This document shows, in pieces, positions 37,861-46,530 of a stretch of 64,000 bases of DNA. The translations under genes were made by a program, and so were the position numbers. Source of the DNA: Planctomycetota bacterium (GTDB lineage Bacteria > Planctomycetota > B15-G4 > SIAN01); the NCBI GenBank assembly GCA_031409275.1, contig JANNXA010000007.1, forward strand, positions 1 through 64,000, in the 5' to 3' direction. The notes under the pieces are model-generated. The model was not told where the DNA came from. It was given only the letters and a program-made list of their open reading frames with translations, and ran no database searches. Numbering within the stretch: position 1 is the stretch's first letter; each line of letters starts with the position of its first letter.

Positions 37861-39305
37861 GCGGGCTCGACGTGCGCAGCGTGCGCCCGCCCTCCTGCAA
37901 CGAACGGAGTTTCAGCGTGATCGATCGAGCCGCGCGTGGCGTCACCTCCTTCAGCCTGGCCTTCTTCTTGTCGTGCACGACGCTCGCGGGCGGCTGCAGC
38001 CACGCCGCCGACCTCTTCGATCCGGCGCCGCCCCGCGGTGGCGGTGGCGGTGGCGGAGGAGCGGCACCGGTGGGCTACGACGCCACGCTTCCCAACGCAC
38101 CGCTGCCGAAACTGGGCGCGGGGGTACCGGCACCCGGCTACCTGGTCGGACTCTCGCCGGATGAGGCGAAGGCGCTGAAGGACGCGCCTGTCGGCAGCCG
38201 CCTCGCGAAGCTGCGCGATCGCGCCTTGGCCGCCGCGAAGCTGACCGACGCTCCGCTGGTGATCCTGCCGGGTCGCCACCTCACCGATCGGCGCATGAGC
38301 AGCGACGTCCCGGCGAACCTGGCGCTCGACCTCGGCTTCCTGATCCAGTGGAACGAGCTCGTCGACGCGCTCGGGCTGGCCTACGCCATCACGGGCGACG
38401 CGAAGTACGCCAAGCGCGTCGATGATCACCTGCGGCCGTGGCTGAACTTCTCGCCGCCCAACGGTCAGGGCCTCACGCAAGGCGGCGAGCCGAGCGTCTA
38501 CCACCGCAACTTCTTCGGCGTCTTCCGCGCGGCCGAGCAGTGCTGGTCCGGGCTGACGCCCACCGGCAAGCAGGCGGCGGTGAAGCTCGCGATCACCATC
38601 CAGGACCGCCTCGAAGATTGGTGGATGCGCACGCCTTGGGAGCGCGGCAACCATGCCGCCGCCACGGCGCAGACCGGCATCTACGCCGGCATCGTGCTGG
38701 TGCGTGCCGGCAACAGCGACCCGAGCCTGATCAGCCCCGCCGCCGCACAGGCGCGCCTCGACAAGTTCATCAACGCCGGCGCCAACATGGCGAGCAGCTC
38801 GCTGATCGGCGGCAAGCAGCGCCAGATGGGGTTGCTCGGCTTCGGTCCGCAGGCGCGCGTCGGCATCCTCACCACGGCCAACACGGCGCTCTACCAGTCG
38901 CAGGGGTATGCGACGTCGAACATGCTGGGCGCCAGCATGGACTTCTTCTACAAGCCGGCCGACAAGCGCTTCGGCTACCACGCGCTGCTGACGCATCACC
39001 TGCTGACGAGCTACTGGGCGCTGGTGCGCAGCGGTCTCGACAAGAGCACGCTGACGCAAACCGCCGAAGCGCGCCTGGCGATTGGCGACCTGCTCGAGTT
39101 CACGCGCCCCTACCTCGAACGCGGCGAGCTCCTGGTCACCGCAAAGGGCAAGGCGCCGGCGCCCGCGACGGATGGTCGCACGCGCGAGATCGTCGCGATG
39201 GCGGCGCGTCTCTTCCCCGAGAAGCGCTGGCTCGAGACCTGCCGCCTGCGCGGCGAACCGGTCAACTTCGCCGAGGTCTACGCCGAGGTCGCCACCTTCC
39301 AGTGA
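37857..39305 (+). CDS. Alginate-lyase-like (alpha/alpha toroid) lipoprotein
   Basis: LAYAITGDAKYA, GNH (compare NNH) and GYH motifs; lipobox LAGGC followed by a Gly linker. Start is 37857 or 37917. Confidence 0.6.
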   Translation: MSGLDVRSVRPPSCNERSFSVIDRAARGVTSFSLAFFLSCTTLAGGCSHAADLFDPAPPRGGGGGGGGAAPVGYDATLPNAPLPKLGAGVPAPGYLVGLSPDEAKALKDAPVGSRLAKLRDRALAAAKLTDAPLVILPGRHLTDRRMSSDVPANLALDLGFLIQWNELVDALGLAYAITGDAKYAKRVDDHLRPWLNFSPPNGQGLTQGGEPSVYHRNFFGVFRAAEQCWSGLTPTGKQAAVKLAITIQDRLEDWWMRTPWERGNHAAATAQTGIYAGIVLVRAGNSDPSLISPAAAQARLDKFINAGANMASSSLIGGKQRQMGLLGFGPQARVGILTTANTALYQSQGYATSNMLGASMDFFYKPADKRFGYHALLTHHLLTSYWALVRSGLDKSTLTQTAEARLAIGDLLEFTRPYLERGELLVTAKGKAPAPATDGRTREIVAMAARLFPEKRWLETCRLRGEPVNFAEVYAEVATFQ

Positions 39306-39964
39306 CGTCGCCGCCACCCGCCGCGCCAGCGCCGGCATCGGCGCCTCCGAGCTTCTTCGATCGAGTGCACCGGGCCTGGCGACGGCGCGTCTGGTTCCAC
39401 GAACTGCTGTGCCTGGCACGGCGCGAATGCGCCTTGCCGGTGCCGGCCGGCGGCGAAGAGATCGGCCAGCAGCTGGTGATGCGACAAGCGACGGCGGCGG
39501 ACGCCCCCCTGTGGGAGGAGTCCTGGGCGGCGAAGGTGCCGTGGTACCTCGAGCGACTGAAGAGCAAGAGCGAGTTCTGTTGGCTCGGCATCGTGAAGGG
39601 GCGGCTTGCCGTCCACTGCTGGTACAACCACGGCCCCTACCGCGACCCGGTGATGCAACACACCTTCGACCCTGGCGCGCGCGGCGCCTACTTCGGCGAA
39701 GGGTGGGTCCATCCCGACTTCCGCGTCGGCGGATTGGCCACCGCATTCAACCGCCGCATCTACACCGAGATCCTGCCCGCCGCCGGCATCGACCACGTGC
39801 TGTGCTACTACGCAGTCGACAACGTGCCGTCGGTGAAGCTGCAGGCGCGCTTCGGCTTCGTCGAGATCGGCTGGCTGCACCACTGGCGCGTGGTCGGACG
39901 GCATCTCTTCGCGAAGGCGGCGATGCCGAAGGGGCGAGACCAGGTAGTGAAGGTGGCGCGCTGA
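39302..39964 (+). CDS. GNAT family N-acetyltransferase
   Basis: VHPDFRVGGLA acetyl-CoA motif and DNVPSVKL..RFGF; GTGA overlap with the upstream stop. Confidence 0.8.
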   Translation: MTSPPPAAPAPASAPPSFFDRVHRAWRRRVWFHELLCLARRECALPVPAGGEEIGQQLVMRQATAADAPLWEESWAAKVPWYLERLKSKSEFCWLGIVKGRLAVHCWYNHGPYRDPVMQHTFDPGARGAYFGEGWVHPDFRVGGLATAFNRRIYTEILPAAGIDHVLCYYAVDNVPSVKLQARFGFVEIGWLHHWRVVGRHLFAKAAMPKGRDQVVKVAR

Positions 39965-40004
39965 CAAACGCCTGGCGACATGGCGCGCTCGTGGGGGAAC
40001 GCCG

Positions 40005-40598
40005 ATGGGTTGGCTCGCACCGATCACCCTTTCGGGGAAGCATGCGACGCTGGTGCCGCTGGCCGCGGCTCATCGCGAGCCATTGGCCGCGGCCGTGCGT
40101 GACGGCGAGCTGTGGAAGCTCTGGTACACCGCGGTGCCGAGCCCCGACGAGATGGCGTCCGAGATCGCGCGGCGCCTCGATCTGCAACAGGCCGGCGCGA
40201 TGCTGCCCTTCACCGTGCTGGATCACGCGGGGGTGCCGGTCGGCATGACGACCTACATGAACGTCGACGCGAAACAGCGTCGTGTCGAGATCGGCAGCAC
40301 GTGGTACGCGCAGCGAGTGCAGCGCACGGCACTCAACAGCGACTGCAAACGGATGCTTCTGCAGCACGCCTTCGAGACGCTCGAGTGCATCGCCGTCGAG
40401 TTTCGCACCCACCGCCTCAACCTGCAGAGCCGACGCGCCATCGAGCGCCTCGGCGCGCAGTTCGACGGCATCCTGCGGGCTCACATGGTCATGAAAGACG
40501 GCACCATTCGCGACACCGCCGTCTACAGCATCACCGCGAGCGAGTGGCCGGTGGTCCGCGCGCACCTCGACTTCGAGCGCTCGAAGCCACGCGAGTAG
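40005..40598 (+). CDS. RimJ/RimL-type GNAT acetyltransferase
   Basis: RVEIGSTWY, QRTALN, VEFRT, NLQSRRAIERLGA and RDTAVYSI motifs. Confidence 0.9.
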   Translation: MGWLAPITLSGKHATLVPLAAAHREPLAAAVRDGELWKLWYTAVPSPDEMASEIARRLDLQQAGAMLPFTVLDHAGVPVGMTTYMNVDAKQRRVEIGSTWYAQRVQRTALNSDCKRMLLQHAFETLECIAVEFRTHRLNLQSRRAIERLGAQFDGILRAHMVMKDGTIRDTAVYSITASEWPVVRAHLDFERSKPRE

Positions 40599-40694
40599 CG
40601 GCGAATCGCTCGACCGCTCGCGCGACGCGTCCTGGCACGAACGCCTGCTGCGGCGGCGGCCGCGCGCGTTCGGGCCGGCCCCCCCGCCTGCCGC

Positions 40695-42719
40695 TCACTC
40701 CCCCGCGTAGCCGAGCGCCTTCAGGAGGCTCTTCGTCGCCGGGTCGAGCGTGGCGTCGCGCGCGGTGCGGCCCGCTTGCGCGGCGGCGGCCTTCGCGAAC
40801 GCGGCGAGCGCCGCGGCCGTCGCGCGCGCGGCGGCGGCTTCGCCCGGATCGGTGGCTGCAAGGTCGCGCTGCTCCAGCGGATCGGCGCGCGGATCGAACG
40901 CCTGCACGCGCTCGTCGCCGCCCTCGCGCGCGACGATCACGGTGCGCGTGCCGTCGCGGCTCGACAACGCACTGCTGCCGCCCCACTGCACCGAAGCGAA
41001 CGCGGAGCGCGCCGCGGGCGCCTCGTCGGAGTGGAGGCGCAGCAACGGCAGCAGCGACTCGCCATCGAGCGGCGGTGCATCGGCGGGCAATTCGAGCTCG
41101 AGCAGTTCGAGCAGCGTCGGCAACAGGTCGAGCGAGCGGACTTGCGTCGCGACACGGCGACCGGCGGGCAGGAGCTCCGGCGCGCAGAGGATCAGCGGAA
41201 CGTGCAGGAGCTCGCGATGGAGCGAGTGGCCGTGGCCGAACGCACCGTGGTCGAAGAACTCCTCGCCATGGTCCGCGACGACGACCACCACGGTCGAGTC
41301 GAGCGCGTCACGCGACTCGAGCGCCGCGAACAGCGCGCCGACCTCGGCATCGACGTCTCGGATGCAGCTGTCGTAGGTGGCGACCATCGCCGCGAGCTCG
41401 GCCGGTGGCAGCGGCGCCGCGCCGTGGAACGGCAGGAAGAGGTGGCGCGTCGTCTCGGGGAGGTCGACCTCGGTGCGCGCGCCCTCGAAGACGCGATGGT
41501 CGGCGCGCGGCCGATAGGGAGCGTGCGTCTCCATCAGCTGCACGTGCGCGAACCAGGGCCCGGGCGCGGCATCGACGAAGCGCAGCAGCTCGCCATGCAG
41601 CTCCGCGGCGCGAGGATCCTGGCGCGCGCCGCTGCGGTCGAACGGCAGCGACACCAGATCCTCGTACCAGCGCCACGGCCGCTCGGGCAGGTCGAGCGCC
41701 TCGACCCAGACGTCGCGCAGACGGGCGAGCACGTGGAACGCCGCCAGCGGCGCGGCCGGGCTCACTTGCGGTCCGACGTAGCGCTCAACGCCTTGCGCGA
41801 AACCGAAGGTCGGCGCGACGAACGCATTCGCGGAGAAGAGGCCGGTGCGGTAGCCCACTTCGTGGAGCAGCTCCGCGAGCGGGCGCTCCTCGGCGGGCAA
41901 GCTCGCGCCGAACGCCTCGACTCCGTGGCGCGGCGGAAGGCGGCCGGTCAGCAGGCTCGCCGTCGATGGCTTGGTGTGAGGCGCCTGCGCAAGGCACTCC
42001 TCGAAGAGGACGCCGCGCGCCGCGAGGGCGTCGAGATGGGGCGACGTCGCGCGCGCATAGCCGTAGCTACCCAGATGATCGGCGCGCAGCGTGTCGAGGA
42101 GCAACAGCAGCACGTTGGGGCGGCCCGCGGCCCGGCCACCATCGAGCGGCTTCGCGAGTCCGGCCTCGACGAAGAGCAGCGGAAGCAGCGTCGCGGCCAG
42201 CAGTGCCAAACGGAGCACTCCGCAGGTCATGCGCCCCACCGGGGCGAACGCGACCCGAATCAGCACAGCGCTTGGCCGCGAGAGCGCTCGCTGCAGCAGC
42301 GGCGCCACGATCAGCAACAGAGCCCCGTTCGCGGCGAGACTCGCCGGCGAGAACGCGTCCGCCAGCACTTCGCGATTGAGTGGAAAGGCGATGGCGCCGA
42401 CGACGGCCAACGCCAGCGCGAGGGCGAGGTGCCACGTGGTGACGCCAAGCGCGACGGAGTCGCGACGCGTCACGAACCGCAGCAGTCGCCGCAACGCCAC
42501 CTGCGCCAGCGTCAGCCCGACCCCAAGCACGCCGTAGAGCAGCGCGGCGGCCGGCAGCAGACGCGCGCCACCGATCGGCACGGCGCCGCGGGCGACCCGC
42601 CACGCCGCCTCGGCCACTCCGAAGAGGACCGCCATCGGCACCAGCCACGCCAGCGTGGTCGTCAGCTCGCGCGCCAGCGACGGGTTCCGCGACGGGTTCC
42701 GCGACGGCGCCGCCGCCAT
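40695..42719 (-). CDS. Membrane-anchored sulfatase-fold protein, Thr-type
   Basis: N-terminal TM bundle; LLDTLRADH, APHTKPS, ETHAPY, ADHGE and LDLLPT motifs; C-terminal LKALGY. Confidence 0.85.
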   Translation of the reverse strand: MAAAPSRNPSRNPSLARELTTTLAWLVPMAVLFGVAEAAWRVARGAVPIGGARLLPAAALLYGVLGVGLTLAQVALRRLLRFVTRRDSVALGVTTWHLALALALAVVGAIAFPLNREVLADAFSPASLAANGALLLIVAPLLQRALSRPSAVLIRVAFAPVGRMTCGVLRLALLAATLLPLLFVEAGLAKPLDGGRAAGRPNVLLLLLDTLRADHLGSYGYARATSPHLDALAARGVLFEECLAQAPHTKPSTASLLTGRLPPRHGVEAFGASLPAEERPLAELLHEVGYRTGLFSANAFVAPTFGFAQGVERYVGPQVSPAAPLAAFHVLARLRDVWVEALDLPERPWRWYEDLVSLPFDRSGARQDPRAAELHGELLRFVDAAPGPWFAHVQLMETHAPYRPRADHRVFEGARTEVDLPETTRHLFLPFHGAAPLPPAELAAMVATYDSCIRDVDAEVGALFAALESRDALDSTVVVVVADHGEEFFDHGAFGHGHSLHRELLHVPLILCAPELLPAGRRVATQVRSLDLLPTLLELLELELPADAPPLDGESLLPLLRLHSDEAPAARSAFASVQWGGSSALSSRDGTRTVIVAREGGDERVQAFDPRADPLEQRDLAATDPGEAAAARATAAALAAFAKAAAAQAGRTARDATLDPATKSLLKALGYAGE
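42677..42707. repeat. 12-bp tandem repeat (GCGACGGGTTCC, about 2.6 copies) encoding PSRN-PSRN-PS
   Basis: Directly visible; in frame at the N-terminus of the sulfatase-fold gene. Confidence 0.8.
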
Positions 42720-42724
42720 CGCGC

Positions 42725-43774
42725 TCAGCGCGCCTTCGCGCGGCCGGCGGCGATCGTCTCGCGACCGGCCCAACCGAGCAGCGTGCTGGCCCATGCCATG
42801 CCACCGCCGAGCGCGAAGAGCACGACGCGATCGCCGTCCACGAAGCGGCCGGCGCGATTCGCCTCATCGAGGGCGGTCGGAACGCTGGCGCTCGACGTGT
42901 TGCCGGTGTGGTCGATCGACAGGACGAGCTTCTTCGGGTCGAGCTCGACGCGCTTGGCGACGTCCTGCAGGATGTTGAGGCTCGCGTGGTGCGGAACGAC
43001 GTACTTGACGTCGGCCAGCGTGACGCCGGCGCGGGACGTCGCTTCGTGCAGGCACTGCGCGGAGCGGGCGACCGCGAAGTCGTAGACCTGATGGAACTCG
43101 CTGACGAGGTGGTGCTCGCCGGCGGCGAGGCGTTCCGGGGTCAACGGGCGGGCGGAGCCGCCGGCGGGCACGCGCAGCGCGTGGCCCGACTTGCCGTCGG
43201 AGCCGGCGTAGAACGACTGGAAGCCGTAGCGCGGCGCGACCGGAAGCTCTTCAAGGATCACGGCACCGGCACCGTCGGCGAACAGGCCGCTCATGCGGAA
43301 GTCGCCCTTGTCGATCAGATCGCTCATCTTCTCGGCGGAGATGACCAAGGCGCGGCGGTAGCGGCAGCGCGCCATCAACGCGTCGGCCACGAGCAGAGCG
43401 TTCACGAAACCGGGGCAGGCGTCCTGAAGCTGGTGGAAGACCGCCTCGCAATCGAGCGCTGCCTGCACCTTGCTGACGGAGTGGGGCGCGACGTGGTCGC
43501 TGGTCGCCGTCGACATGACGATGAGGTCGATGTCCCGGGCGACCAGGCCGGCGGAGTCGAGCGCGCGGCGCGCGGCGTGGATCGCCATGTCGCCGGTGCT
43601 CTCGTCGGGGGCGGCCCAGTGGCGCGACTCGACGCCGTAGTGGCGGCGAACCCAGGTGTCGAGGTCGCTGCCGGCTCGACGCGCGTCGAAATTGCGCACC
43701 AGCTTGGCGAGCTCGGCGTTCGGGACGACGCGAGCGGGAAGGTAGCTGCCGGTTCCAGTCAGGATGCAGGGCAC
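42725..43774 (-). CDS. fabH: 3-oxoacyl-ACP synthase III family protein
   Basis: GTGSYLP; catalytic Cys (DACPGF), His (PHHAS) and Asn (GNTSSAS); FADGAGA and GGGMAW. Confidence 0.88.
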   Translation of the reverse strand: MPCILTGTGSYLPARVVPNAELAKLVRNFDARRAGSDLDTWVRRHYGVESRHWAAPDESTGDMAIHAARRALDSAGLVARDIDLIVMSTATSDHVAPHSVSKVQAALDCEAVFHQLQDACPGFVNALLVADALMARCRYRRALVISAEKMSDLIDKGDFRMSGLFADGAGAVILEELPVAPRYGFQSFYAGSDGKSGHALRVPAGGSARPLTPERLAAGEHHLVSEFHQVYDFAVARSAQCLHEATSRAGVTLADVKYVVPHHASLNILQDVAKRVELDPKKLVLSIDHTGNTSSASVPTALDEANRAGRFVDGDRVVLFALGGGMAWASTLLGWAGRETIAAGRAKAR

Positions 43775-43958
43775 GAAGGGTCTCTCGAAGGGCGCCGTCT
43801 CGGCACTGGGCGGCGCCGTCGCAAGGCGGGAAGTCTAAGGAGCGAAGCGTGCTCCTTCGTCGGATCGAACGAAACGACCCATGAACCTGCGTCGAAGAAG
43901 CGTGGAGGCACGCACGCGAAAAGAAGAGAAGTCGCGCGGCGCCGTCCCGTGAAACGGA

Positions 43959-43998
43959 TCGAGCGCGGCCGGGGGGTAAACCCCGCCACCGCGCTCGA
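43959..43998 (-). terminator. Stem-loop downstream of the small Cys-rich gene
   Basis: Perfect 10-bp inverted repeat TCGAGCGCGG/CCGCGCTCGA enclosing a GGGG-TAAA-CCCC inner stem. Confidence 0.6.
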
Positions 43999-44039
43999 GT
44001 CGGGAGGCAGCCGAGGCTGCCTTCTGGGACGGTCGGCGA

Positions 44040-44279
44040 TCAGGAACGCTCGGCCTCCTCGGCCTTGGTTTCCTTGTGCAGGGTGAAGTCGAACTGGGTG
44101 TTGTTCGCGCTGAAGCGCAGGAAACCGGTCTTGCACTCGGGGCAGGGCCAATCCAGCAGGGCCGACATGTTCGGGTTGTAGTGCGTGAGCAGGTTGTTGT
44201 TCTGGTTGACGTAGCACTCGAACAAGCACTCGCGGTTGTCACACGAGAACTTGAGCAGCGGCAGGTTCGTGTTCTTCAA
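44040..44279 (-). CDS. Small Cys-rich, probable zinc-binding protein (79 aa)
   Basis: C-x4-C...CPEC; strong C/G third-position bias; GGAGA RBS before the TTG start; own promoter and terminator. Confidence 0.7.
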   Translation of the reverse strand: MKNTNLPLLKFSCDNRECLFECYVNQNNNLLTHYNPNMSALLDWPCPECKTGFLRFSANNTQFDFTLHKETKAEEAERS

Positions 44280-44475
44280 ACGGGCATCTCCCCAGGGCCG
44301 AGGCAGGCGGGTGCAGACCTCTGCGCCCCGCCCCGGAACCCACCGTCGCCCCCTCCGTCACTTCATCGGCTCGTTCAAAGCATCCAGCAGGGCGGACGAG
44401 GTCATTTGGCAGTCGAAACAACTAGTTGCGGAATCCGATCCGGCGCCATCCATTGAGGGGTTACGAGCGGGCGGA

Positions 44476-44504
44476 ACCGTAAGGCCCCCCTTGGAAGCTG
44501 TCAA
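44476..44504 (-). promoter_or_regulatory. Sigma70-type promoter TTGACA-N17-TACGGT
   Basis: Perfect -35, 17-bp spacer and TAnnnT -10, pointing at the 79-aa gene. Confidence 0.7.
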
Positions 44505-44623
44505 TCAGGCGGTCTCCGTTCGGAGCTGAAACCGATCAGGGCCGCCCGCCGAGCACAGTCGTACGCCGGGGCTGCGACGAAGTTGGCGTTCTCGCGGGAG
44601 AGATCTGAATCCGAACTGACGCG

Positions 44624-44648
44624 TGTGCCGCCGAAGTCGGCGGGCACA
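44624..44648 (-). terminator. Hairpin downstream of purF
   Basis: TGTGCCGCCGA/TCGGCGGGCACA stem with one bulge, about 30 bp after the purF stop. There is no clear U-tract. Confidence 0.45.
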
Positions 44649-44676
44649 GGTGCGCTCGATCGACGAGACGGTGGGG

Positions 44677-46137
44677 TCAGTCCTTGTGCACCAGCGACCG
44701 CTCGCGCTCGATCCCAGCGAGGACGGCGGGGGTCACGTCGCCGGTCGGGTACTTGCCCGTGAAGCAGGCGTTGCAGAACTGCTTCAGCTCCGCGTTGCCT
44801 TCACGGACCGAGGTCTCGAGGTCGTGAAGGTCCTGGTACACGACCGCGTCCGCGCCGATCTCCTTGGCGATCTGCGCGTCGGTCTTGCCGCTCGCGATGA
44901 ACTCGTTCTTCGTCGACATGTCGATGCCGTAGACGCACGGGTGCAGCAGCTGCGGCGAGCAGCTCGCGAAGTAGACCTTGCGCGCGCCCGCCTCGCGGGC
45001 CATCTGCACGATCTCCTTGCTGGTGTTGCCGCGCACGATCGAGTCGTCGACGATCAAGACGTCCTTGTCCTTGAACTCGAGCTGGATGGCGTTGAGCTTG
45101 TGGCGGATCGACTTACGACGCACTTTGTTGTCCGGCATGATGAAAGTGCGGCCGATGTAGCGGTTCTTGACGAAGCCCTCGCGGTACTTGATGCCGAGCC
45201 GCTGTGCCATCGCCAGCGCCGCGTCGCGCGCGGATTCGGGCACGGGCATGACGACGTCGGCCTCGATGCCGGTGAGCTTCCACTTCTCCGCCAGGTGCTC
45301 GCCCATGCGCAGGCGCGACTTGTAGACGCTCACCTTGTCGAGGAACGAGTCGGGACGCGCGAAGTAGACCCACTCGAAGAGGCAAGGGTGGTGCGCGTCG
45401 CTGCGCACCTGGCGACGTGTCACCGTCCCGTCGTTGCGGATGACGATCGCTTCGCCCGCCTGCAGGCTGGTGGTGTGGTGGTAGTCGAGCAGGTCGAGCA
45501 GCACCGACTCCGAGGCCACGCAGAAGCTCTTCTTGCCGTCGGCCTCGGCCCGCTCGCCCACGATGATCGGCTTGATGCCCTTGGGGTCGCGGAACGCGAA
45601 GAGGCCGAATCCGGCGATCATCCCGACGACCGAATAGGCGCCGCGGCAGCGCTCGAAGACCGCGTTGACGGCCTTGAAGACGGCATCCTCCGTCGGCTTG
45701 GCAACTCCGGTCTGCGCCAGCGCGTGCGCGAAGACCTGCAGGATCGCCTCGACATCGCAATTGCTGTCGACCATGTAGTGGTCGCGCTCGGTCAGCTCCT
45801 TCTTCAACTCGAAGAAGTTCGACAAGTTGCCGTTGTGGGCCATCGCGATGCCGAACGGCGACTTCACCATGAACGGCTGGGTGTCGTCGACGCTGCCGCC
45901 GCCAACCGTCGGGTAGCGCACGTGGCCGATGCCGACGCTGCCGCGCAGGCGACCGAGGTTGTTCTCGTGGAACACCTCGCGCACGAGCCCCATGCCGCGT
46001 CGCATGTGGAAGCGGCCGTTGAAGGTGCAGGCCCCCGCGGCGTCCTGGCCGCGATGCTGGATGGAGACGAGGCCGTCCAGGATCTCGCTGATGACGTCGC
46101 GCTGCTTGGGGCCCAAGACCCCGATGAATCCGCACAT
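44677..46137 (-). CDS. purF: Amidophosphoribosyltransferase
   Basis: N-terminal MCG, QHRGQDAAG, GHVRYPT, HNGNL, CLFEWVYFARPDS, VDDSIVRG and C..CFTG.YP motifs. Confidence 0.97.
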   Translation of the reverse strand: MCGFIGVLGPKQRDVISEILDGLVSIQHRGQDAAGACTFNGRFHMRRGMGLVREVFHENNLGRLRGSVGIGHVRYPTVGGGSVDDTQPFMVKSPFGIAMAHNGNLSNFFELKKELTERDHYMVDSNCDVEAILQVFAHALAQTGVAKPTEDAVFKAVNAVFERCRGAYSVVGMIAGFGLFAFRDPKGIKPIIVGERAEADGKKSFCVASESVLLDLLDYHHTTSLQAGEAIVIRNDGTVTRRQVRSDAHHPCLFEWVYFARPDSFLDKVSVYKSRLRMGEHLAEKWKLTGIEADVVMPVPESARDAALAMAQRLGIKYREGFVKNRYIGRTFIMPDNKVRRKSIRHKLNAIQLEFKDKDVLIVDDSIVRGNTSKEIVQMAREAGARKVYFASCSPQLLHPCVYGIDMSTKNEFIASGKTDAQIAKEIGADAVVYQDLHDLETSVREGNAELKQFCNACFTGKYPTGDVTPAVLAGIERERSLVHKD

Positions 46138-46297
46138 GCCCACCCACCTCGTTCATCCCTTCGCGCGCGGCCGGCTCGATTGCGGAAGGATCCCTCGTTC
46201 CGCAAGCAGCGCGCGTCGGGGTCGGTCGCCGGCCCGGCACTATACGTACTGCGGCCGGGCCCCTCGCTTTGCGCGGCTCGTCGCCGCGATCGCCCCG

Positions 46298-46457
46298 AGA
46301 GCGCCGAACAGAATGTCCGCTGCGTTCGAGCGGCTGCAGCCACCCAGTACTTCGTCGACCTCCATCGGCGACTCTTCAGAGTCGCCCACTTCGGCCTCCT
46401 CGTCCTGGGCGGCCTCGCTCGGTCTCGGCGCGACGCGTCCGTTCTGTCAGGCGCCCC
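46298..46457 (+). repeat. ~160-bp palindromic MITE-like dispersed repeat, copy 1
   Basis: Aligns along its whole length with the reverse complement of 56539-56697 (roughly 80-85% identity by hand). Imperfect terminal IR AGAGCGCCGAACAGAA/TTCTGTCAGGCGCCC; central hairpin GGCGACTCT-TC-AGAGTCGCC. Confidence 0.85.
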
Positions 46458-46530
46458 GAATGGTGATGCGAACTCCCGGATCAGGACACTGGTTGTCCAC
46501 CCGACGAGGGGGATCGCGTAGGCTCCCGAC

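Noticed and set aside
38038..38060. GGTGGC repeat as a phase-variable tract
   Set aside because: It is an in-frame Gly linker after a lipobox, and unit changes would keep the frame.
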